Below, piece after piece: positions 41,584-50,486 of a stretch of 64,000 nt of DNA. The stretch is taken from the NCBI GenBank assembly GCA_041891055.1, contig CP169074.1:128001-192000 (forward strand). Direction: 5' to 3'. Every line of letters starts with the position of its first letter. The stretch's first letter is position 1. The DNA is from Halorutilales archaeon Cl-col2-1. Its GTDB lineage: Archaea > Halobacteriota > Halobacteria > Halobacteriales > Afararchaeaceae. The notes under the pieces were generated by a model. The model had not been told where the DNA came from, did no database searches, and saw nothing but the letters and a program-made list of their open reading frames with translations. Both the position numbers and the translations under genes were made by a program.

Positions 41584-42489
41584 ATGAAAGTAGATGTAGC
41601 GGGAGTCGAGTTCGACAACCCGGTTCTTCTCGCGTCGGGTATACTCGGCTCCACGGGAGAGTCACTCAACCGTGTCCTGAGAGAGGGCGCGGGGGGTGTA
41701 GTGACCAAGAGCGTCGGCACCGAGGTGCGTAAGGGACATCCCGGACCCAACGTCTTCGCCGACGACTCGGGCGAGTACGCTCTCAACGCCGTCGGTCTCT
41801 CGAATCCCTCTAAGGAGTTCGACGACGAGGTCGAGAAGGTCGAAGGAACCACAGTCGTGAGCATATTCGGAGGCACAGCCGAGGAGTTCGCTGACCTGGC
41901 GTCACATTTCGAGGAGTACGCCGACTGCCTCGAACTCAACGTCTCGTGTCCCCACGCAGAGGGCTACGGTACTGACATAGGCGCCGACCCCGATCTGACA
42001 CGCGATGTGACGGAGGCTGTCGTCGAGACGGTCGATGTTCCCGTCTGGGTCAAGCTCACCCCGAATGTCACTGACATAGCCGAGATAGGTCTAGCCGCCG
42101 AGGAAGCGGGTGCCGACGCAGTCGTCGCTATAAACACAGTGGGAGCGATGGCGATAGACACTCAAACCGCGTACCCAATACTCGGAAACGGAGAGGGGGG
42201 AATGAGCGGCTCGGCTGTCAAGCCTATCGCTGTGAGATCTGTCTACGAGCTCTACGAGGCTCTCGATATTCCCATCGTGGGAGTCGGCGGGGTGTCGTCG
42301 CCCGAAGACGCGATAGAGATGATGCTCGCGGGAGCGTCACTCGTAGAGGTCGGGACAGCCGTTAAAGACGACATCGGAGTCTTCGACGAGATAAGCCGAG
42401 GCATAGACGAGTACTCCGACGAGAAGGGCTGGAGCCACGACGAGATCGTCGGAAAGACACACGAGGTAGTCAAGGAGGCTGAGGAATGA
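41584..42489 (+). CDS. pyrD: Dihydroorotate dehydrogenase family 1B, catalytic subunit
   Basis: [39 protein letters not shown]. Confidence 0.93.
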   Translation: MKVDVAGVEFDNPVLLASGILGSTGESLNRVLREGAGGVVTKSVGTEVRKGHPGPNVFADDSGEYALNAVGLSNPSKEFDDEVEKVEGTTVVSIFGGTAEEFADLASHFEEYADCLELNVSCPHAEGYGTDIGADPDLTRDVTEAVVETVDVPVWVKLTPNVTDIAEIGLAAEEAGADAVVAINTVGAMAIDTQTAYPILGNGEGGMSGSAVKPIAVRSVYELYEALDIPIVGVGGVSSPEDAIEMMLAGASLVEVGTAVKDDIGVFDEISRGIDEYSDEKGWSHDEIVGKTHEVVKEAEE

Positions 42490-43265
42490 GACCCATAAAT
42501 CTCGAAGTCACCGAAGTTATCGAGGAGGGAGACGGAATAGTTACGCTGAGATTCGACAGGGAGTTCGACGTCTCGGCGGGGAACTACGGGATGTTCTGGG
42601 TCAGAGGAGTCGACGAGGTTCCGATGAGCTTCTCGTACCCCGACGGTATCACGGTTAGGGCGATAGGAGAGACGACCCAAGCTATGACAGAGATGGAGGT
42701 CGGCGACTCTCTCGGCGTGAGAGGACCCTTCGGAGGGAGCTTCGACCTTCCCGACTCGGACTCAGGAGAGGTCGTGGTAGTCGGAGGCGGAACCGGAATG
42801 GCTCCAGTGGCTCTACTCACCGAGGAGGCGGCTCGTAAGGGTCTCGACGTCACGACTCTCATAGGCGCAGCGACTGCCGACGAAGTAGTCTTCGAACAGC
42901 GTCTCTCGTCGCTCGACGGCGTCGATGTCAGGGTAGCGACAGACGACGGAACGAAGGGGCACGAGGGATATGTGACTGAGCTTCTCGACGGCTACGACGC
43001 CGACGACGTAGATATGGTCGCGTCGTGTGGTCCCGAGCCGATGATGGCGAAGGTTCTCGAAAGGTACGACGAGGAAGACGTCGAAGTTCGGTTCAGCCTC
43101 GAAAGGTACATGAAATGCGGGATAGGGATCTGTGGCTCGTGCTGTATCGACGACACGGGATCACGCGTCTGTGCTGACGGTCCAGTCTACGACGGAGACA
43201 GCCTGAGAGGCGGCGAGTTCGGAGTCTACCACCGTGATGCCGCGGGAAGGAAAGAAGAGTTTTGA
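42486..43265 (+). CDS. pyrK: Dihydroorotate dehydrogenase electron transfer subunit
   Basis: RGPFG, GGGTGMAP, CGPEPM, MKCGIGICGSC, VCADGPV. Confidence 0.93.
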   Translation: MRPINLEVTEVIEEGDGIVTLRFDREFDVSAGNYGMFWVRGVDEVPMSFSYPDGITVRAIGETTQAMTEMEVGDSLGVRGPFGGSFDLPDSDSGEVVVVGGGTGMAPVALLTEEAARKGLDVTTLIGAATADEVVFEQRLSSLDGVDVRVATDDGTKGHEGYVTELLDGYDADDVDMVASCGPEPMMAKVLERYDEEDVEVRFSLERYMKCGIGICGSCCIDDTGSRVCADGPVYDGDSLRGGEFGVYHRDAAGRKEEF

Positions 43266-43288
43266 GCATAGAGACGACAAGGCAGAGT

Positions 43289-44005
43289 ATGTTAGAAGCA
43301 CGTTTCGAGTTCGACGGCGAGGTGTACGAGGGTGTCGTAGTCCAGGACGAGATTCTGACCGAGGACACCGAGTTTCCGATAGAAGAGGTGGATATACTTC
43401 CGCCGTCTACTCCCTCGAAGGTCGTCGCCGTCGGAATGAACTACGCCGAACACGCCGAGGAGCTCGGATCAGAGGTTCCCGACTTCCCGCTTCTCTTCTT
43501 CAAACCCCCGAACTCTGTCATCGGACACGGCGAGGTAGTCGAGTATCCTGAAACTACCGACAGGCTAGAGTACGAGGGCGAGATAGGCGTCGTGATCGAC
43601 TCACACTGCAAGGATGTCTCTGTCGACGAGGCTCCCGAGTACATACGGGGATATACGTGTGTTAATGACATCACGGCGCGTGACTGGCAGGAGAAAGAGA
43701 GCCAGTGGGCGCGCGCTAAGGGCATGGACGGTTTCTGCCCAGTCGGACCCTTCGTACAGACTGACCTCTCCGACTCTATCGGCGTAGAGACAGTAGTCAA
43801 CGGCGAGGTGCGCCAGTCGGCAAACACCGAGGACACCGTCTTCTCGATACCCGAGATAGTCTCAGAGATCTCGCGGTTTATGACACTCGAAGAGGGTGAC
43901 GTCATAGCCACGGGAACACCCGAGGGCGTCGGAGAGATAGAGAGTGGAGACACCGTCGAGGTCGAAGTCGAGGACGTCGGTACACTCTCAAACGAGGTGG
44001 TCTGA
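43289..44005 (+). CDS. Fumarylacetoacetate hydrolase-family protein
   Basis: [41 protein letters not shown]. Confidence 0.92.
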   Translation: MLEARFEFDGEVYEGVVVQDEILTEDTEFPIEEVDILPPSTPSKVVAVGMNYAEHAEELGSEVPDFPLLFFKPPNSVIGHGEVVEYPETTDRLEYEGEIGVVIDSHCKDVSVDEAPEYIRGYTCVNDITARDWQEKESQWARAKGMDGFCPVGPFVQTDLSDSIGVETVVNGEVRQSANTEDTVFSIPEIVSEISRFMTLEEGDVIATGTPEGVGEIESGDTVEVEVEDVGTLSNEVV

Positions 44006-44007
44006 GG

Positions 44008-44445
44008 GTGGCGAATCCGCAAGGAAGAAAGGGGGCGTCACGTGAGCGTGAACTCGTCGATATGCTCTGGGAGGAGGGCTTCGGCGTGATAAGAGCCCCC
44101 GCGTCGGGTAGCGCGACTCAGAGGGCGCTTCCCGACATACTCGCGGGCGACGGATCGACCTATGTTGCCGTAGAGGCGAAAGCGAGTGCGAAGGACACCG
44201 TCTACGTCGACGGCGACGAGATAGACTCGCTCCGTGAGTTCTCCGACAGGTTCGGCGCACGTATGCGTGTGGGTGTGAGGTTCAACAACGAGAACTGGTA
44301 CTTCTTCCACCCCGCCGACCTACACGTCACCGACGGCGGCAACTACCGGGTCAAGAGAGAGACAGCCCTGAGAGAGGGCGAGGACTTCGACGAACTCGTA
44401 GGAAAGACGAGACAGATGCGTCTCGGAGAAACCGACGACAAATAA
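44008..44445 (+). CDS. hjc: Holliday junction resolvase
   Basis: [25 protein letters not shown]. Confidence 0.93.
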   Translation: MANPQGRKGASRERELVDMLWEEGFGVIRAPASGSATQRALPDILAGDGSTYVAVEAKASAKDTVYVDGDEIDSLREFSDRFGARMRVGVRFNNENWYFFHPADLHVTDGGNYRVKRETALREGEDFDELVGKTRQMRLGETDDK

Positions 44446-44479
44446 AAACAAACGGCAAACGGATAGTATACGTATACCA

Positions 44480-45418
44480 TCACCTCTCGGAGTCTTCCTT
44501 ATCCTTACCGCCCGACATCTTTACGGTGTGAGCCTCACACGGTTCGAGGTCGTCGAGCTTCGTCTCGTGGTAGTCACAGTACGGCGACGACGTACCTCCG
44601 TCCTCGATGTATTCGAGATATATACAGTTGCCGCAGTACCTGTCTCCCGTGAACCCCGAGTCTGTCGGGACGTTGTCGAGCGAACGCGGCTCCTGAGTAG
44701 GCGACTCGAACTCGGAGTCGGAGTCGGTCTCGGAGGTGTCGTTCCCGAGTATCTCGGCGTCAGTTCCGCCTCCACCACCTCCTCCACCCGAGGTGGACGA
44801 AGAGAGAGAGGTCGAAGACGAGACTGCTACGGAACCGAAGCTTCCGGTTCCGGTTTCGGAGTCCTCCGAAGTCGACTGCGATTGCGACTGCGAAGACGTC
44901 GTATCCTCCTCGTCGTTCCGGTCAGCGTAGCCGACCGAGATAGGTGTTCCCGGCGACGAGAGCTCTATCCGAAGTTCAAGGTCGAGTATCGACTTGAAGA
45001 GGGCGAGGAACTCGATAACAGAGCCGCTGCCGTATGTGACGACGACAGTCCATGTCAGGTCGGTTGGGTCTCCGTGCCACATATGCGGATAGACGTAGGT
45101 GAAGATGAGTATTCCGAGGAAAGAAGTTCCTACACCCACGAGAGCAATTCTGGTGTCCTCCCACGATGCCGGAAGAACTGCGAATATCCCGAGGAAGGTC
45201 AAGGGCACGCCTATTCCCGCGAGTATTCCTCCCGTCCCCCACTGCTCGGTCGGGTTCGACGTGCCGAGGAGACCGCCGACTGTCTCGGAGATGCTGACTA
45301 TGCCACCGAGTAAGACGAGAAAGACACCCAGCCCCACGAGTCCCAAGCCGATGTACAGGCGCCTCTCGGTCTCTATCTCGCCCAGCCTACGTCTGTACTT
45401 CTCCCGGATGCCCGCCAT
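44480..45418 (-). CDS. Membrane protein with low-complexity linker and C-terminal Cys/His domain
   Basis: About four TM segments; S/G/T-rich linker; YCGNC...YCDYH...PCEAH. Confidence 0.75.
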   Translation of the reverse strand: MAGIREKYRRRLGEIETERRLYIGLGLVGLGVFLVLLGGIVSISETVGGLLGTSNPTEQWGTGGILAGIGVPLTFLGIFAVLPASWEDTRIALVGVGTSFLGILIFTYVYPHMWHGDPTDLTWTVVVTYGSGSVIEFLALFKSILDLELRIELSSPGTPISVGYADRNDEEDTTSSQSQSQSTSEDSETGTGSFGSVAVSSSTSLSSSTSGGGGGGGGTDAEILGNDTSETDSDSEFESPTQEPRSLDNVPTDSGFTGDRYCGNCIYLEYIEDGGTSSPYCDYHETKLDDLEPCEAHTVKMSGGKDKEDSER

Positions 45419-45521
45419 GTGACTCAGTAGTATACGAAGAATAATAGTCTTTCGCTCGTTTGACTGAAACAGCCGTTTGAGCCTGAGCAAATGCTTTCAA
45501 GCCTCGGGAGTATCTAAGGAC

Positions 45522-45977
45522 ATGAGACGCAGAGAGCTACTCGGAGCCATAGGAACCGTAGCAGTTGCGGGATGTACGTCACTAGACGGCGGAGGCGAAG
45601 ATGACTCCCGAACGCGTTATGTGTCCGGTTCGTTCTCAGCCACGGGTGGTAACTGTGGAACACAGACCGACGAGGAGCCCGAGGTCGAGTTCGACGAGGA
45701 GGATCTCACTGTTTCAGTCGCGGGAGTCCTCAACGGAAGAGACACGTGTGAGACTGCTGAGATCAGGTCTGCGGAGTACTCGTCCGACGACGACAGCTTC
45801 ACGGTCGAGATCGAGACTATCAAACTCGACACCGACAAGATGTGCGCCCAGTGTATCACAGAGATAGAGTACTCCGCCGAGTTCGGCTTCGAGGGAGGTC
45901 TGCCGTCGGAGGTCACCGTGGTGGAGTCAGACACCAACGGAAGCGAGTCGACGACAGTTCCGCGGTCAGGCTCGTAA
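45522..45977 (+). CDS. Tat-exported lipoprotein
   Basis: MRRRELLG...AVAGC lipobox; MCAQCIT motif. Confidence 0.8.
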   Translation: MRRRELLGAIGTVAVAGCTSLDGGGEDDSRTRYVSGSFSATGGNCGTQTDEEPEVEFDEEDLTVSVAGVLNGRDTCETAEIRSAEYSSDDDSFTVEIETIKLDTDKMCAQCITEIEYSAEFGFEGGLPSEVTVVESDTNGSESTTVPRSGS

Positions 45978-46008
45978 GCCTCTAAAGAGTCGGCGTCCAA
46001 CCTCGTGT

Positions 46009-46218
46009 ATGGAGATAACTGCCGAGGTCATGAACGGCGACACCTACGAGGTCGATGTCGAGGACGACGCCGTCTATGCCGAGATACTCGACGAGGTCGG
46101 CTTAAACCCCGAGGGAGCCGTTGTCGTTGTCGACGGCAGACCAGTACCCGAGGACGGACGCGTCTCCGACGATGTCGACAGAGTCAAGATCATGAGAACA
46201 GTCTCAGGCGGTGTGTAG
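46009..46218 (+). CDS. Ubiquitin-like small archaeal modifier (SAMP2/ThiS-like) ending in GG-V
   Basis: Beta-grasp size; VVVDGRPVPED...VKIMRTVSGGV*. Confidence 0.82.
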   Translation: MEITAEVMNGDTYEVDVEDDAVYAEILDEVGLNPEGAVVVVDGRPVPEDGRVSDDVDRVKIMRTVSGGV

Positions 46219-47250
46219 CTCTTCGAGTGCTTCGAGTAAGACGTCGTTCTCCTCCGGTGTTCTGATGGCAACTCTCACTGTGTCTTCGAGACCCTCAAAG
46301 CTCGAACAGTCTCTTACGAGGACGCCGTGTTCGTGTCCGAGTAGCTCCTCGACTGCCTCCTCCGAAGACAGAGGGGAGACGTCGACGAGGACGAAGTTGG
46401 TCGCCGACTCGGTGACTATCCTTTCTCCGAGTCTCTCGACGATCCTCTCGCGTTCGGACTCGATGGCTTCGGCCGACTCCTCAACGTAGTCGGTGTGTCT
46501 CACCGCCTCCTTTCCGACCTCCGCCGCAGCTGTGTTGACGTTCCACGCGGGTCTCGCGGCTTCAAGGGCTTCGAGTATCTCGCCGTGTGCGACAACGTAG
46601 CCGAGACGTAGACCCGGAATACGGAAAGACTTCGTGAGACTGTGGACTGCGACGGCGTTGTCGGGTAGTTCGGGCGCAACAGAGTCGCCGCGTGACAGGT
46701 CGATGAACGCCTCGTCGACTACGAGGTACGAGCCGCGGTCGGAGAGGTACTCGGCTGTCTCGAGAACTTCATCCCGGTCGAGTAGCTCCCCAGTCGGGTT
46801 GTTGGGGTTACAGACGAAGACGACATCGGGCACGGAGTCGAGAGACGCGACCGAGTCGCGCTTCACGCGAGTCTCAATCTCCACGACGTCGGCTCCGTGT
46901 AGACGTGCTTCCCTCGCGTACTCCGCAAAGCCGGGTGAGGGCACAGCTACGGTATCACCTTCGTCCACGACAACCGACGAGACAAGACGCAGTGCCTCCG
47001 CGGCGCCGTTAGTCGGTACGACTCTGTCCCGTGAAACCCCACACAGACGCGACAGCGACTCCCTCAGGTCGGAGTAGGAGTCGTCGGGGTACTCGTCGAC
47101 CGAGTCGTACGCCGACTCGTAGGCTTCTCGGAGTGCCTCGGGCGGAGGATACGGATTTATGTTGGCACTGAAGTCGATCACGTCTCCGTGGTGGCTCTTC
47201 CGTCCGCCGTGGAAGGCTCTCCCTTCGTCTATCAGGTCTTCGATTTTCAT
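46204..47250 (-). CDS. cobD: Threonine-phosphate decarboxylase
   Basis: HGG, DFSANINP, NGAAEA, CNPNNPTG, VDEAFID, SLTKSFRIPGLRLGY; cob operon context. Confidence 0.88.
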   Translation of the reverse strand: MKIEDLIDEGRAFHGGRKSHHGDVIDFSANINPYPPPEALREAYESAYDSVDEYPDDSYSDLRESLSRLCGVSRDRVVPTNGAAEALRLVSSVVVDEGDTVAVPSPGFAEYAREARLHGADVVEIETRVKRDSVASLDSVPDVVFVCNPNNPTGELLDRDEVLETAEYLSDRGSYLVVDEAFIDLSRGDSVAPELPDNAVAVHSLTKSFRIPGLRLGYVVAHGEILEALEAARPAWNVNTAAAEVGKEAVRHTDYVEESAEAIESERERIVERLGERIVTESATNFVLVDVSPLSSEEAVEELLGHEHGVLVRDCSSFEGLEDTVRVAIRTPEENDVLLEALEELHTA

Positions 47251-47251
47251 G

Positions 47252-47830
47252 TTAGTCAGTCTTACTCTCACTCTTTCTTTCGAGTATCTGTCTCGCTATC
47301 TCGGCATCGTTTGCGGTGTTTACGTTGACTGCGAGATCTTCGTCGTCGACGATGATACGTTTCTCGCCGCCGTCCTCTCCGACTATGTTGAGGCCCGTAG
47401 GAACCGTGCCGTCGTATACCTTAGAGTCGTCTACGTTGACCCCGACCGACTCACGCAGTCTGAGAGACGTAGCTACTGTCAACGATCTTCCGTCGTACTC
47501 GTCGAGTACGGCGTCGACGAGGTCGGGCTGAATAAGGGGGGTGTCGCTCGTCGCCGTCAGAACCGGTGCTCCTATCTCCTCGATACAGTAGCCGAGATCC
47601 TCTACGTAGCCGTCCCCGGATGTCTGTATGAGACTCACTCGGTCGTCGGATTCGAGGTAGCTCTGTGTCTCAGGGGTATGGGACGAGACTGCGACATAGA
47701 CCGTGTCGAGACTCGATCCTTCGAGAGCCTCGACGACGTGGTCGACCATCGGCTTTCCGCACAGTCTTAGAAGGGGCTTCTCGACGTGTATGCCCGAACG
47801 CCGGAGACGGGTTCCTCTTCCGCCTGCCAT
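47252..47830 (-). CDS. cobY: Adenosylcobinamide-phosphate guanylyltransferase
   Basis: MAGGRGTRL, EKPL, GDGYVEDL, NVNT; start may lie a few codons upstream. Confidence 0.88.
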   Translation of the reverse strand: MAGGRGTRLRRSGIHVEKPLLRLCGKPMVDHVVEALEGSSLDTVYVAVSSHTPETQSYLESDDRVSLIQTSGDGYVEDLGYCIEEIGAPVLTATSDTPLIQPDLVDAVLDEYDGRSLTVATSLRLRESVGVNVDDSKVYDGTVPTGLNIVGEDGGEKRIIVDDEDLAVNVNTANDAEIARQILERKSESKTD

Positions 47831-48609
47831 CACAAGACCGTCGATACTAACACCCCCGCGACGAGAGACGTGAGACGGACTACCTCGTTCGTCGCTCCGA
47901 AGACGTCGCCTGAGACTCCGCCGAAGTTCTGTCTCGATACCCTTATGAGTAGAACCGCCGTGGCTACTCCAAACCCGAGTATGGTGATACCGACCACTTG
48001 TTCGGGCAGAACCGCGACGAGCCCAAACGCGAGGAATAGAGAGACTAGAAAGTGCCACTGGGGGGTCGACTCTATGTGGCGCGATCCGTGGCCCTCGTGG
48101 GAAGCTTTTCCGAGACAGACTTCGAGTGATATTCCCGTCTTAGCCGCGATCTCGGAGACGAAAACTACCGTGACAGCGAGGGTCGGGCTGAGAGACATCA
48201 GAGACGATGAGGTGGCGTATAGACCCAAAACGGCGACTCCGACCGCGACAGTTCCTCCTATACCCGTGTTTAGATCCTTCATCGCATCACGTCTCTCGTC
48301 CTCGGAGCCGTGTGCGGCTAATCCGTCGGCGAAGTCGGCGAGACCGTCGGAGTGGTTTATCCCCTGTACTCCGATGAGAGCCGCGACATAGACGAAGCCG
48401 CCGACATCGGGTGGTACGCCGAGACGAACCAGTCCGAGGACGATCAGTGACATTACGCCTCCGACGACGCCACCTATCAGGGGGAAGACGTATCCGTTCG
48501 ACGAGAACGCCTCGAAAGACCTCTTAGACCTTCCGACGGGGACACGTGTCATCCAGCCGAGACCTCCTAAGAAGGCTCTCCAGACATCGAGAAGTCCTGC
48601 GAGTCTCAG
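47830..48609 (-). CDS. cobS: Cobalamin synthase; start probably CTG at 48609
   Basis: GINHSDGLADFADG, AMKD, FGGVSGDVFGATNE; conserved-looking FLGGLGWMTRVP begins upstream of the first ATG. Confidence 0.88.
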   Translation of the reverse strand: MRLAGLLDVWRAFLGGLGWMTRVPVGRSKRSFEAFSSNGYVFPLIGGVVGGVMSLIVLGLVRLGVPPDVGGFVYVAALIGVQGINHSDGLADFADGLAAHGSEDERRDAMKDLNTGIGGTVAVGVAVLGLYATSSSLMSLSPTLAVTVVFVSEIAAKTGISLEVCLGKASHEGHGSRHIESTPQWHFLVSLFLAFGLVAVLPEQVVGITILGFGVATAVLLIRVSRQNFGGVSGDVFGATNEVVRLTSLVAGVLVSTVL

Positions 48610-49520
48610 ATTACCACGCTCCTCGGTAGATATAGGAACACGACTGCTACGGTACCGAGAACAACGAGAGACGCTATCCAGACAGTTCTGATTCCCCTCC
48701 CGATGTCGTCGACCGACGGATAGCCGGCGTCCTCGACTCCCAGTATGTAATGATCCTTCTTTTCGAGACGTACGCCGAGAGCCGCTCCGAGTGACGACAT
48801 CGGTAGTCCCGAGTTGGGTGACGAGACGCGCGACGACTGTCTCACCGGAGCGGTGACCGCATCAACCGAGACCGACGAGAGACCAAGCACGACGACCGAG
48901 AGACGCGCAGGGATGTACGAGGCTAAGTCGTCGGTACGCGCACTCGCGTACCCCGCTCTGCCCTCGGAGACGTATCCCACCATCGAGTCAGCCGTGTTGA
49001 TAACTCTGTATCCGACTGCGGCTCCGACGCCGTACTCGACCCCCGCTAAGGAGAAGACGCCGAAGTAGAAGACTGGAGCGAGGAAGCCGTCGACGAAGTT
49101 CTCTGAGAGGCTCTCTACGACAGCACTCCTGACCTCTTCCGCCGAGAGCTGAGAGGCGTCCCTTCCAGCGAGTCCACGGAGTTGGTGGCGTGCGTCTTCG
49201 ATGTTTTCGTCGGTGAGCCGTGCGACCTCTCCCGCTGTCTCGACGAACTCCGTAAGAGAGAAGGTAGTGCTCAGGAGGTACGCGCCCAAGACGACGGTCG
49301 CCATTCTCGGGAGTACTGTGAGAGCCGATACTGTCACCGAGACAGAGACACCGACGGGTACCAGAACCGTGGGAAGACCATAAACCGACTCGAAGCCCCT
49401 CCGGCTCAGACGGTCTATGAGTCCTCCGACCCAGACCACGGGATGGAACTTCGGACGCGGCTCTCCGAAGAGGATGTCGAGAGACACCGCGCCTACGAGA
49501 ACCCAAAGCGGTAAGTTCAT
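48606..49520 (-). CDS. cbiB: Adenosylcobinamide-phosphate synthase
   Basis: GEP...HPVVW, ESLSENFVDG, INTADSMVGY, PARL, SPNSG, LEK. Confidence 0.92.
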   Translation of the reverse strand: MNLPLWVLVGAVSLDILFGEPRPKFHPVVWVGGLIDRLSRRGFESVYGLPTVLVPVGVSVSVTVSALTVLPRMATVVLGAYLLSTTFSLTEFVETAGEVARLTDENIEDARHQLRGLAGRDASQLSAEEVRSAVVESLSENFVDGFLAPVFYFGVFSLAGVEYGVGAAVGYRVINTADSMVGYVSEGRAGYASARTDDLASYIPARLSVVVLGLSSVSVDAVTAPVRQSSRVSSPNSGLPMSSLGAALGVRLEKKDHYILGVEDAGYPSVDDIGRGIRTVWIASLVVLGTVAVVFLYLPRSVVI

Positions 49521-50224
49521 CTTCTCAGTACCTCTGTTACCTCGGATATGTCTGTAACCACGTAGTCGGGGTTCGCCTTTTCTCGTGCCATGTCGCTTTT
49601 CGCGTTCGCGTACTCGTCGTCATCGTCATCGTCGGCGTCGACAAGACACGTTTTAAAGCCTGCCTTGTTTCCACCCTCAATGTCGACGAGGCTGTCACCC
49701 ACATGTACGACGTCGTGACGGACTTCCTCTGTGTCAACCCCGAGCTGTCTCAGAGCCTCGTCGAACGGCTCGGTACTCGGCTTCCTGTGTCCGACATCGA
49801 CGCTCGAAACTACGGCGTCGAACTCATCACGGAGTCCCGCCTCGGAAAGCGCGGTATCGACGAGACCCTCGACGCTCGTGTTCGAGACCACTGCGGTCAA
49901 CGTGTCATCGGAGGACGAAACCTTTTCTACTACCTCTTCCGCTCCGTCTACACGGCGTATTTCGGCGTCGAAGAAGATGTCTTCGACTCTCCGCCGAACC
50001 TCTTCCTTTTCGACCTCACAGCCGAGCCTCGCGAGTGTTTCGGAGACGTGATCCGTGAGAGGGATCTCGACCTCGTGACTCCTTTCCTCGTATACGGTAA
50101 CGTACTCGGTCTTGAAATCGTTAGACCCGACGCCGAGAGATGCCACAGCCTCGGTGATCTCGTCGAAGGGATCGACATCGACAGTCACGAGAGTGCCGAA
50201 GAGGTCGAAGAAACGGAGTCGCAT
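49517..50224 (-). CDS. HAD-family hydrolase, first gene of the cob operon
   Basis: FDLFGTL, VSN, RKP, HVGDS..DIEG. Confidence 0.85.
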   Translation of the reverse strand: MRLRFFDLFGTLVTVDVDPFDEITEAVASLGVGSNDFKTEYVTVYEERSHEVEIPLTDHVSETLARLGCEVEKEEVRRRVEDIFFDAEIRRVDGAEEVVEKVSSSDDTLTAVVSNTSVEGLVDTALSEAGLRDEFDAVVSSVDVGHRKPSTEPFDEALRQLGVDTEEVRHDVVHVGDSLVDIEGGNKAGFKTCLVDADDDDDDEYANAKSDMAREKANPDYVVTDISEVTEVLRR

Positions 50225-50289
50225 CTGACGGATAGTCGTGTCTTCGTGTCTTAACTCTTTTACTCTGAGACCGACAGCTATATATCTTT

Positions 50290-50303
50290 TTAGGACGACC
50301 TAA
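50290..50303. promoter_or_regulatory. DtxR/IdeR-type metal-regulator box
   Basis: Palindrome TTAGG-acga-CCTAA next to an AT-rich promoter upstream of iron ABC genes. Confidence 0.65.
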
Positions 50304-50333
50304 CTAGTAGAATCTCGGATCTCGGGTACTGAA

Positions 50334-50486
50334 CTGATACCCACGGGGTTCAAGAGCCTGGCGACATATGTATCGACTGTGCAGGTTCAGGGGTACTACG
50401 GACACGCCGTCTCGGTGCTCATACTCGTCGTCTCGGGAATCTCGGTGTAAGTAACGGTATCACAGGAGGGATACGATGTCGAATAA
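50334..50486 (+). pseudogene. C-terminal relic of an Fe(III) ABC permease
   Basis: LIPTGFKSLATYVSTVQVQGYYGHAVSVLILVVSGISV*VTVSQEGYDVE*; no start codon, internal stop at 50448-50450, overlaps the ATPase start. Confidence 0.65.

Noticed and set aside
47831-48058. 76-aa N-terminal extension of cobY in the ORF track
   Set aside because: Lies within cobS in another frame and has non-host amino acid composition.
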